Shown here: piece after piece, positions 26,765 through 34,075 of the stretch
Layout of the letters: each line of letters starts with the position of its first letter
Numbering within the stretch: the first letter of the stretch is position 1
Source of the DNA: Chitinophaga pinensis
GTDB lineage: Bacteria; Bacteroidota; Bacteroidia; Flavobacteriales; Flavobacteriaceae
Assembly: GCA_943324925.2 (NCBI GenBank)
Contig: CALPNL020000001.1
Span: 1-34,075 of the forward strand
DNA length: 34,075 nt
Direction: 5' to 3'
Made by a program: the position numbers and the translations under genes
The notes under the pieces: model-generated
What the model was told of the DNA's origin: nothing
Database searches by the model: none
The model's input: only the letters and a program-made list of their open reading frames with translations

Positions 26765-28024
26765 CTAATAGAAACGTCTTTTTTGGAACCATTTATCATT
26801 TAGTGATAGTCCGATGGAAATATTAGTATAATTTTCCTGTACTAAATTAGCCGAAGTTGTTCCTCTTTGACCGTACTCCAAACCAATATTAATATTGGAA
26901 AACACACCCATAAGTGGCAAGCCAACACCGGCAGTTACTGCGTAATCTTTTATGGAAGTAGAGTTGATAATTAATCCGGTATTTTCATATCTCAAACCAC
27001 CTCTATAAATAATTTTTTCATAGTATTTTGAGAAGGAGTTATAATTTGGGATGTAAAATCCACCTAGAGAAATTCTTGTCGAATTTTCATAATTTACATT
27101 ATTTATGTCGTTGAATCTGTTGCCCATGTCACTGCTTTTTTGGAAGGTAACTTCCGTTCCTAGCATCCATTTTTTACTTTCACTTACACCAAAACCTACT
27201 GCAAATTTTGAAGGTAAGGTTATAGTAGTATTGGCAACATCAACATCTAAAGGCTGCACAAGAATTTCAGCTCCTGATGAGGAATATTGAATAGTAGCAA
27301 TATTTCTTGAGTTGGAAGAACTTAATTTAGAATCGGGAGAATACGTTAAACTTGCGAACCAATTGATTTTTTTATTAATTGGGGTGGTAAAGTTAATACC
27401 TGCATTCAAAGTTCCTCCGTTAATGTCAGAAAGATTTTTCTCTCTTGAGCCGTATTGTATTCCATCAATAAATCGGAAAGAATAAGTTTGAATTTTACCA
27501 AAATTATAACTATAATCAATTCCTACGCTCAATTTTTTTGTTAATGAATAACCAATCCCAAAAAAGACTTTATTGATACCCCCAGTTCCTGAAAATTGTT
27601 TAATTTCTTCAGGACTAGTTGCTGTTGCCGCAATATTTGATTGAATATTATAACCAACAGAAGAGAAAGGCATTAAACCAAATCCCACTCCAATTTTCCC
27701 CAAAGGAAGACCTACTGCTAGGTAATCCATTGCAGTTCTTCTTGCTTTTTCATTTTGAGAATTGGTAGACAAATCAGTGGTTAGGTAAGTACCCCCTAGA
27801 GAAAAGGTAGTCAATTTTAGATTAGAATAAGAAGCAGGATTTTGAAAATTTAAGTGGATACTATCCGAGAAAATTGTCAAACCTCCCATTGCTCGATTTT
27901 CTGCAGTCCCTTTAAATTTTACGTCTCCAATTCCATAAAAAGAATAGGGTGAAGAAGTCCCTTGTTGGGCAAATGAAATTAAAGTAAAAAATAAAAAAGC
28001 GGGTACTATAAGTTTTTTAATCAT
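26765..28024 (-). CDS. Outer-membrane beta-barrel, OmpP1/FadL/PorV-like superfamily
   Basis: Signal peptide, SPYSFYGIG, RAMGG and NPAS hatch-type motifs, many amphipathic strands, C-terminal WFQKRRFY; overlaps the coaX stop by 8 nt. Confidence 0.72.
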   Translation of the reverse strand: MIKKLIVPAFLFFTLISFAQQGTSSPYSFYGIGDVKFKGTAENRAMGGLTIFSDSIHLNFQNPASYSNLKLTTFSLGGTYLTTDLSTNSQNEKARRTAMDYLAVGLPLGKIGVGFGLMPFSSVGYNIQSNIAATATSPEEIKQFSGTGGINKVFFGIGYSLTKKLSVGIDYSYNFGKIQTYSFRFIDGIQYGSREKNLSDINGGTLNAGINFTTPINKKINWFASLTYSPDSKLSSSNSRNIATIQYSSSGAEILVQPLDVDVANTTITLPSKFAVGFGVSESKKWMLGTEVTFQKSSDMGNRFNDINNVNYENSTRISLGGFYIPNYNSFSKYYEKIIYRGGLRYENTGLIINSTSIKDYAVTAGVGLPLMGVFSNINIGLEYGQRGTTSANLVQENYTNISIGLSLNDKWFQKRRFY

Positions 28025-28778
28025 TTTTGATTTTGTGTTGAAATGTTTGATTCAAACTCTCTAAAAGGAAATTTGAATTGGCAAATATGGTATTTTTTAA
28101 TCGTTTAGCCAAAAATTCTGTGTCTCCACCAGTTAAAATTATAATAAATTTAGGATAAACGCCTTCATATTGAGAAATAAAACCTTCCATTTCGTTTATT
28201 ACGCCATTTATTACACCTGAATTAATAGCTTCAAAAGTAGAATTACCAATAATAGGGATCGCATCGGATTCAGAATTTTGTCCTTTTATCGATTCCAAGG
28301 TCACCAAGGGTAATTTTGCGGTATAATTGTGTAGTGATTCAAATCTCAATCGGATTCCAGGTGAAATTGCACCACCGAGATAATTGTCATTTTCATCAAT
28401 AAAATCATAAGTGATACAAGTACCCGCATCAATTACTAATCGATTTTGATTAGGGTATTTTAATACCGCTCCACTAGCCAAAACCATTCGGTCAATCCCT
28501 AAAGTGTTGGGCGTTGAATATTTGTTTTCAAAGGGAAGAGGCGAATCTGATGAAATAAAATGAATATTGACTTGATTTTCAAATTCTAAAAAGGCTTCTT
28601 TTGGTATATTCCCAACTGAAGCAACCACCAATTCTGTAGCTTTTTTATATTTATTTAAAATAAAATGCAGCTCATTTCGAAGCTCCTTACTGCTAAAATG
28701 AAACTGTTCTAAAAGGGTATTCCCCTCAAATACAGCTACTTTAATCCTAGTATTTCCGATATCGACTGCTAAAAGCAT
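28017..28778 (-). CDS. coaX: Type III pantothenate kinase
   Basis: VDIGNTRIK, LGIDR, VIDAGTCITYD, GGAISPG, LTGGD. Confidence 0.94.
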   Translation of the reverse strand: MLLAVDIGNTRIKVAVFEGNTLLEQFHFSSKELRNELHFILNKYKKATELVVASVGNIPKEAFLEFENQVNIHFISSDSPLPFENKYSTPNTLGIDRMVLASGAVLKYPNQNRLVIDAGTCITYDFIDENDNYLGGAISPGIRLRFESLHNYTAKLPLVTLESIKGQNSESDAIPIIGNSTFEAINSGVINGVINEMEGFISQYEGVYPKFIIILTGGDTEFLAKRLKNTIFANSNFLLESLNQTFQHKIKND

Positions 28779-28830
28779 AATTTATAATTAGAAGCGGTAA
28801 AGGTACGAATTGATTTTTTTTAATAATTGT

Positions 28831-28861
28831 TTTGTATAAATTAAAATTCGCCCTATATTTG
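28831..28861 (+). promoter_or_regulatory. Full consensus Bacteroidota promoter for tRNA-Phe
   Basis: TTTG (28831-28834), 19-nt spacer, TATATTTG (28854-28861), 14 nt before the tRNA. Confidence 0.8.
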
Positions 28862-28875
28862 CCCCCGCTAAGCAA

Positions 28876-28948
28876 GGTACCTTAGCTCAGATGGTAGAGC
28901 AATGGACTGAAAATCCATGTGTCCCTGGTTCGATCCCTGGAGGTACCA
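28876..28948 (+). tRNA. tRNA-Phe (GAA), CCA not encoded
   Basis: Acceptor stem GGTACCT/AGGTACC + discriminator A, D-arm GCTC..GAGC, anticodon arm ATGGA-CTGAAAA-TCCAT, T-arm CCTGG-TTCGATC-CCTGG. Confidence 0.97.
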
Positions 28949-28949
28949 C

Positions 28950-28988
28950 AAAAACCCCTCATAGTCTATAGATTATTAGGGGTTTTTT
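28950..28988 (+). terminator. Terminator after tRNA-Phe
   Basis: AAAAACCCCT...AGGGGTTTTTT imperfect long hairpin followed by a T-rich run. Confidence 0.75.
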
Positions 28989-29002
28989 GTTTTTGTATAA
29001 AT

Positions 29003-29033
29003 AAAAAAACCACCTGCCGAAACAGATGGTTTT
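29003..29033 (-). terminator. Terminator of the GH13 gene
   Basis: On the minus strand AAAACCATCTG-TTTCGG-CAGGTGGTTTTTTT; the single mismatch is a G-U pair only in this orientation. Confidence 0.78.
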
Positions 29034-29055
29034 AATAACAACTAACAAAAATAAA

Positions 29056-31911
29056 TTATTTTTTTACTAACTTTAAAGTAACTTCTCTATCGCTAGTGTC
29101 TGTAACCTTAACAAGATAAATCCCATTGTTTAAATCGCCAATTTCAAATTGAGATTCACTACTAAAATTACTTTTAAAAATTTTCACCAATTGTCCCGTC
29201 ATAGAATAAATTTCAACATTAGTGGTAGTTGCACTTAATGTGAAATAATTTGAAGTAGGATTTGGAGAAAGGCTTATCGCTTTAGTAATTTCATTGTCAT
29301 TGACACTTAAAGCAGGTAGTTTATTTCCATAAACAAAGTACTGACCCGCATTAATAGCAATAGGAGCGTTTACATCGGTAACGTTAATGCTTGAATTATC
29401 CATCAAATTATACCATGTCCCAGTATACGGGAATGAGGGTACTACAGTTAAATTGGCTACAGAAAAGTTTGCCAATACCACCACGTTTTTCAATTGAGTA
29501 GACGGCAAAGCATTATCAAATATGTAAATTCTTTGCTTCACATTATTTCCATCAGGGCTAATAGCATAACTGCCTTCAAAAACCGGTTCGTTAATTTTTA
29601 AAGCGTTCATTTTAGCCCAATCGTTGTAAATTTTAGCCCTTTCGGTTACTCCCAACCAGTTTCCAGTCCATTGAGGCTGCGGCTTGGTGTTCAACTTGCA
29701 ATCTCCAGGTGTAGGATCAGATTCGGTATTTACGCTCCCATTGTTACAGTCGTAAATAGAATTTTGCATCCCTAAAGCAGCAAAATGCCATATCATTTTT
29801 GGCCCTGGAACTAATAATGAGGTAGCTCCAATTGCTGACATTCTTCCTAAAGCGTTGTTCAAATTTCCAAATGGAGAAGCCGTTCCGCCAGAATTTCCAT
29901 AAGTCATCGCACTGTACATTAATCTTTCTTTATCATGACTTTCTGGATAACCCATTACCCTTTTTCCTAAAAATCCGGTGTGAGCATCACTACCAATTCT
30001 ATAAATATCTGCTCCATTAGCAAAACCTTCAATAAGTTGGGTATAAGCATAAGTCATCTCGCTCCACATCATTACCCCTTTACTTGGCGTCTCTGATAAT
30101 CTGTAATTTGCCCATTCTTTTTCTTCGTTATCAGAACCTAAATGCTCGAAAATAGCATAATGAGTTGGATCTAAACCCCAAGAATAATCAGCATAATTTT
30201 TCAAAACATCTACTCTATCTTGCTGATAAGCATTCGTATTGGCATCGCTACCGGTAGCATTTTGCGTAAAGCCTTTGGTCAAATCCCAACGAAATCCATC
30301 TATTTTAAACTCTTCAATCCATTGTTTAATTACTCGTTTAACATACGTTTGAGTACGGGATTGTTGGTGATTAAAATCATTCCCCACACTATAACTATGT
30401 GTTGCAACCATGTTAAAATAGGGACTGTCGGATGCAGGTCCGCCCCAGCCATCACCATCTGGATCATTCATCCACATTCTATTCATTGCGTTTCTTCCAA
30501 AGGCATGGTTTAATGCTATATCTAGAATTACCGCTATGCCGTTTTGGTGACATAAATCTACAAATTCCTTCATTTTCTCTTTAGGACCGTAGAATTTATC
30601 TAAAGCCATATGATACGAAGTGTTGTAGCCCCAACTTTCATTTCCTTCAAATTCCATTACGGGCATTAATTGAATGGCATTTACTTTTAGATTTTTGAAA
30701 TAATTAATTCTATTAATCAATCCTTGAAAACTTCTAGTATCATCGAAATCTCTTATCAAAACTTCATAAACTATTAAATCTTCTTTTTTAGGTTTGTTAA
30801 AATTGGTTACCTGCCAATTGTAAGGCGATTCTCCAGTTTTTAACACCGTAACTTCTCTTTCTTGACCAGAAGGGTAAGCAGGAAGATTTGGATAATTAGA
30901 AGCTGGAATATAGGGATCATCAAATGGCGATAAAACTAAAGTTGAATAAGGATCTGCCGTTTTTACAAACACTGGGGAACCAACGATTGGAGTCATGTCT
31001 ACCACCCAATATTGGTAATTGTAATTTACTCCAGGCGTTAGACCTGTTAATTCTAACCAAAATTTACCTGAAGCAGGATCTTTTTTCATTGCAAAATTAA
31101 TCGTAGGTTGGTAGTTGTTAAAGCTTCCTGCCACATAAACAAAATCTTTTCCAGGGGCGTCTACTACCAAAGTTGCCTTAGACGTATCTGAATTATAATT
31201 TATTCCATCTACTAATGTGTTTGATGGTAGTGCTTGATTTACTGTACCCGGATTAACCAATACATTAAAAAACTTAGATTGAGTAGCTCCTCCTAAGGAA
31301 ATAACCAATTCATAGTTTTGGTTAGTTGTAATATTGGAGTGAGTATAAGAATAGGTTGAAGCGCTTGACACCGTATTGATACTAACTCCGTTTGCCTTTA
31401 AGTTATAACTAGCATTACCGCCGGTATTATTAGCAGAAATAGATAGACTTCCTCCAGAATTTATTATTGTGGTACTGTTTATAGTTGGCTGAACCAATGT
31501 AGATTGGAATGCACCAACATTTAATTCTAAATCTACTGTTTGAGCTGTACCCGTATCACTTCTAAAAACTAAATTGATTTTTGTAACAGCCCCTGTGGTA
31601 ACTCCATAATAGGAAAGAATGGTAGGAGATAATGTTAATCTATATATATTTCCTGAAACTAAAGTCAATGCAGGCTGAGTGGTATTATTTCCCCAACTCC
31701 CTAATACATTTGACCAAGCAGTTCCATTTAAAGTAACTCCTGTGTGCGCATATATCGTTCCGGTGTAGGCAGCTAATCCCGTTCCAGTTTTATCAAATAA
31801 AATCGTTGCCGACTGATTTGATTCTGGGGTGACCCCACCTTGCCAAGACACTTGTGAAAAGCCAAGACTACTAATAAATAGAAAAATAAAAAAAAGGTAT
31901 AGATTTTTCAT
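29056..31911 (-). CDS. Secreted GH13 alpha-amylase-family enzyme with Ig/CBM48-like N-terminal domains and a T9SS type-A C-terminal sorting domain
   Basis: Signal peptide; VAGSFN and ADPYS (early-set domain); SWGYN, DIALNH, nucleophile GFRWD, acid/base FEH, ESHD; CTD SPNPT...IYSMTGQLV...GIYLVK...KLVKK. Confidence 0.9.
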   Translation of the reverse strand: MKNLYLFFIFLFISSLGFSQVSWQGGVTPESNQSATILFDKTGTGLAAYTGTIYAHTGVTLNGTAWSNVLGSWGNNTTQPALTLVSGNIYRLTLSPTILSYYGVTTGAVTKINLVFRSDTGTAQTVDLELNVGAFQSTLVQPTINSTTIINSGGSLSISANNTGGNASYNLKANGVSINTVSSASTYSYTHSNITTNQNYELVISLGGATQSKFFNVLVNPGTVNQALPSNTLVDGINYNSDTSKATLVVDAPGKDFVYVAGSFNNYQPTINFAMKKDPASGKFWLELTGLTPGVNYNYQYWVVDMTPIVGSPVFVKTADPYSTLVLSPFDDPYIPASNYPNLPAYPSGQEREVTVLKTGESPYNWQVTNFNKPKKEDLIVYEVLIRDFDDTRSFQGLINRINYFKNLKVNAIQLMPVMEFEGNESWGYNTSYHMALDKFYGPKEKMKEFVDLCHQNGIAVILDIALNHAFGRNAMNRMWMNDPDGDGWGGPASDSPYFNMVATHSYSVGNDFNHQQSRTQTYVKRVIKQWIEEFKIDGFRWDLTKGFTQNATGSDANTNAYQQDRVDVLKNYADYSWGLDPTHYAIFEHLGSDNEEKEWANYRLSETPSKGVMMWSEMTYAYTQLIEGFANGADIYRIGSDAHTGFLGKRVMGYPESHDKERLMYSAMTYGNSGGTASPFGNLNNALGRMSAIGATSLLVPGPKMIWHFAALGMQNSIYDCNNGSVNTESDPTPGDCKLNTKPQPQWTGNWLGVTERAKIYNDWAKMNALKINEPVFEGSYAISPDGNNVKQRIYIFDNALPSTQLKNVVVLANFSVANLTVVPSFPYTGTWYNLMDNSSINVTDVNAPIAINAGQYFVYGNKLPALSVNDNEITKAISLSPNPTSNYFTLSATTTNVEIYSMTGQLVKIFKSNFSSESQFEIGDLNNGIYLVKVTDTSDREVTLKLVKK

Positions 31912-31925
31912 GGTGTTTTGATATT

Positions 31926-31958
31926 ATAAAAAGGGCTTTCATAAGAAAGCCCTTTTAT
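31926..31958 (-). terminator. Hairpin between susE and the GH13 gene
   Basis: AAAAGGGCTTTC-ATAA-GAAAGCCCTTTT inverted repeat with a short T5 tract on the minus strand. Confidence 0.72.
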
Positions 31959-31975
31959 ATAAATAATAAAATAAA

Positions 31976-33025
31976 TTATTGGATTGTGTAAGTGTAAACT
32001 CTTGGGTTACTTAAGTCTAAAGTAATTGTTTTAGTTCCCGCTGGAGTACTGATGTTAGTTCCACCTTCGTCAAGTGAACCATCAGCTCCTGTATCTCCAT
32101 AGTTTAAAGTCCAAGCTCCATTAGCTCTGAATTTCATTCCATCGTTTGGAGCAGATTGAGCAGATAATGTTACTGTTACAGTCCACTTTCTAGTCGTTGG
32201 ATTGTAAGTCATTGGAGTATCTGTTCCCCAACCACCTGGAGTACCGTTTCCGATAATAGCCCAAGTTGTTCTTTCTTGAGAATAAGTAAGTGCAGTTGTA
32301 TTGGCTTTCAATCTGTAGTATCCAGCTGGTACAGCGTTACAATTTACCTCATTTGTTAATCTCAATTTGTTAGTGAATGTTCCGTCATCACCCCAATCGT
32401 CATTACCCCAGTTGAAGTTTCCTGCGTTATCAGGAGCAACAAATTTAAATCCACCATCTAACCATACATAACCTTCATAGTTAGTTTGTCCGTAACCAGC
32501 AGAAGCTAATTTAGCAGCCGTTCCTGGTGTCCATCCTTGGTGATTTCCTGGTACTGCAATAGTTGGTAAAGCAGTAGTATAAGGAGTGATTAACACATTG
32601 ATAGTGTTTGAATATTGAACTACACTTCCTACAGCCGCTTTAACACGAATATCAATACTTCCTTGAGTGAATGGTCTTAAACCTGCAGAAAGAACTGCTC
32701 CGTTTAAATCAGCAACGCTCCAAGTAAGGTTAGTAGCAGTTGTAGTTCCAGCTGGAGTAATAGCAGCAAAACTAGTTCCTGTTACAGCAATTTCTACTGT
32801 GTAATCCACTTGTGTTGGAGTGGTGAAGTCAGCAGCGCTCCATGTCATTGTAATGGCAGGGTTAGTTGCTAAAGCAGGAGTTAATACTGTTGAAGCTCCT
32901 GTTTGTGGTGTTAATATTGAGAAACTACCTTTAGCTTGTGCTAATTGGTAATTTTGTTCATCCGAACAAGATCCTAAAGTTGCAAATACGATTGCAGCTA
33001 TGATAATTTTAAATGTATTTTTCAT
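31976..33025 (-). CDS. susE: SusE-like starch-binding outer-membrane lipoprotein
   Basis: Lipobox LGSC followed by acidic SDE; N-terminal Ig-like domain (TWSAADF); two CBM-like modules (PGNHQGW; IIGNGTPGGW...KFRANGAW..NYG); directly after susD. Confidence 0.82.
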   Translation of the reverse strand: MKNTFKIIIAAIVFATLGSCSDEQNYQLAQAKGSFSILTPQTGASTVLTPALATNPAITMTWSAADFTTPTQVDYTVEIAVTGTSFAAITPAGTTTATNLTWSVADLNGAVLSAGLRPFTQGSIDIRVKAAVGSVVQYSNTINVLITPYTTALPTIAVPGNHQGWTPGTAAKLASAGYGQTNYEGYVWLDGGFKFVAPDNAGNFNWGNDDWGDDGTFTNKLRLTNEVNCNAVPAGYYRLKANTTALTYSQERTTWAIIGNGTPGGWGTDTPMTYNPTTRKWTVTVTLSAQSAPNDGMKFRANGAWTLNYGDTGADGSLDEGGTNISTPAGTKTITLDLSNPRVYTYTIQ

Positions 33026-33055
33026 TTTAAATATTTTTTTATTAAACTATAATTT

Positions 33056-34075
33056 TTAGTAACCCGTATTTTGTGTAAGATTTGAATTGGCTGCCAAACT
33101 TTCAGCTGGCAATGGATATAATTTATAATACTGTGGCAATGCAATACCATTGATTCCATTTCCTTTCCAAGCCCAGTTATAACTTCCACCAGTAAATTTT
33201 CCAAAACGAATTAAATCTTGTCTTCTATGTGCTTCCCAGTGCAATTCTCTCAAACGCTCATCAAGAATAAAGGCTAAATTTAAATCTGATGCTGCAATTG
33301 TTTGACCGTGAGCTCTTGTTCTTAAAGCATTTACATAACCTAAAGCCTGTGCACTTGTAGCTCCTATCCCTCCTCTTAATTGACATTCAGCAACCATTAA
33401 ATAAACATCTGCTAAACGGAACAAAGGAAAATCAGTATCTACAAAACCATGATCTGAACCATTTGCTCCAGTTGACGTTTTGTTAGTAAATTTAGCAATA
33501 ATATATCCTGTATCTCTATCAGAAATAGTTGATATTATTGGATTTCTGTTTGCTGTTATTAACGTTTTTCTGGCATCGTTTGCAAAACTAGCGTCTGCAA
33601 ATTTTTCTCCAAATTGTTTTCTAACACGCAAAGCTCCACCCCATCCGCCAACTCCAAGAGTAGCACCATTTCCTTCAATTGAACCTACTTCTCCATTGAT
33701 GATAACCGTAGTAGGACCATAATTTTGAGTTGTTCTTCCATCAGATTGTAATGGGAAAATTATTTCGTTTTTAGCACTGTTAGTATTACTGTCAGCCATA
33801 AAATTGTGTTGGTAGTTCGTTGCCAATTGGTAACCTGCTCCTATTATTTTATTTGCATAAGTAATACATTCAGTATATTTTGCAGTTCCGAAATAGCTTT
33901 CAGAGTTCAAATACATTTTAGATAAAATCATCCAAGCCAATCCTTTGTCTGCTCTACCGAATTCGTTTGCTCTGGCATCTGCCAAATTACTGTCGATTTC
34001 TAAAGCTTTCAATTCTGTTTCGATGAACGTAAAAAGTTGTTCTCTATCGTACTGTGGTCCTTTGAAATCTCCAAC
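33056..34075 (-). CDS. susD: SusD/RagB family nutrient-binding lipoprotein; 5'-truncated by window edge
   Basis: FGRADKG, EIIF, FRLADVYLM, LDERLRELHWEAHRRQDLIRFG, PLP, C-terminal QNTGY; the frame is open to base 34075. Confidence 0.92.
   Translation of the reverse strand, partial: VGDFKGPQYDREQLFTFIETELKALEIDSNLADARANEFGRADKGLAWMILSKMYLNSESYFGTAKYTECITYANKIIGAGYQLATNYQHNFMADSNTNSAKNEIIFPLQSDGRTTQNYGPTTVIINGEVGSIEGNGATLGVGGWGGALRVRKQFGEKFADASFANDARKTLITANRNPIISTISDRDTGYIIAKFTNKTSTGANGSDHGFVDTDFPLFRLADVYLMVAECQLRGGIGATSAQALGYVNALRTRAHGQTIAASDLNLAFILDERLRELHWEAHRRQDLIRFGKFTGGSYNWAWKGNGINGIALPQYYKLYPLPAESLAANSNLTQNTGY

Noticed and set aside
28876-29055. tRNA-Phe as an integration site, with the PUL as a genomic island
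   Set aside because: No integrase, no duplicated tRNA 3' end seen in the window, and ordinary terminators on both sides.
1489-31958. The intergenic hairpins as a REP/MITE family or CRISPR repeats
   Set aside because: Their stems differ in sequence, are single-copy and sit at gene ends, consistent with independent terminators.
33022-33204. 60-aa same-strand ORF overlapping the susD 3' end
   Set aside because: Alternative frame of a conserved coding region, non-ATG start, no recognisable motif.
322-33722. Numerous 60-120-aa antisense or alternative-frame ORFs (e.g. 1592-1876, 6544-6852, 18059-18424, 21515-21880, 24873-25175)
   Set aside because: They lie within or largely overlap well-supported genes, mostly begin at TTG, and look like shadow ORFs.

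Overview
AT-rich (roughly 30-33% GC by eye), gene-dense core-genome segment of a Bacteroidota bacterium, most likely Flavobacterium or a close relative. Supporting signs are TAnnTTTG promoter boxes, A-rich Shine-Dalgarno-less leaders, SusD/SusE proteins, a T9SS-tailed enzyme and a mevalonate-pathway HMG-CoA reductase. Gene order: partial pruA, rsmG, fatty-acid desaturase, class I aminotransferase, purT, an orphan secreted protein, fabD, Prc-type protease, a small membrane protein-lpxB-NlpC/P60-comEC run, a DPP-IV + two POT transporters + DsbH-like thioredoxin unit, HMG-CoA reductase + GYDIA GHMP kinase, a coaX-OM barrel-lptC-small protein-CNNM-ppiD envelope cluster, tRNA-Phe(GAA), and the distal end of a starch PUL (T9SS GH13, SusE, partial SusD). 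I found no mobile element, CRISPR array, defence system, frameshifted pseudogene or long repeat, and nothing that by itself proves a new biological system. The best leads are modest: the poorly understood lptC/OM-barrel/CNNM/PpiD cluster with a lipoprotein-type LptC, a terminator hairpin that also contains a perfect promoter box between the POT paralogues, and Prc sitting beside a MepS-like lipoprotein and lpxB. All family calls come from motif recognition, not from database searches.
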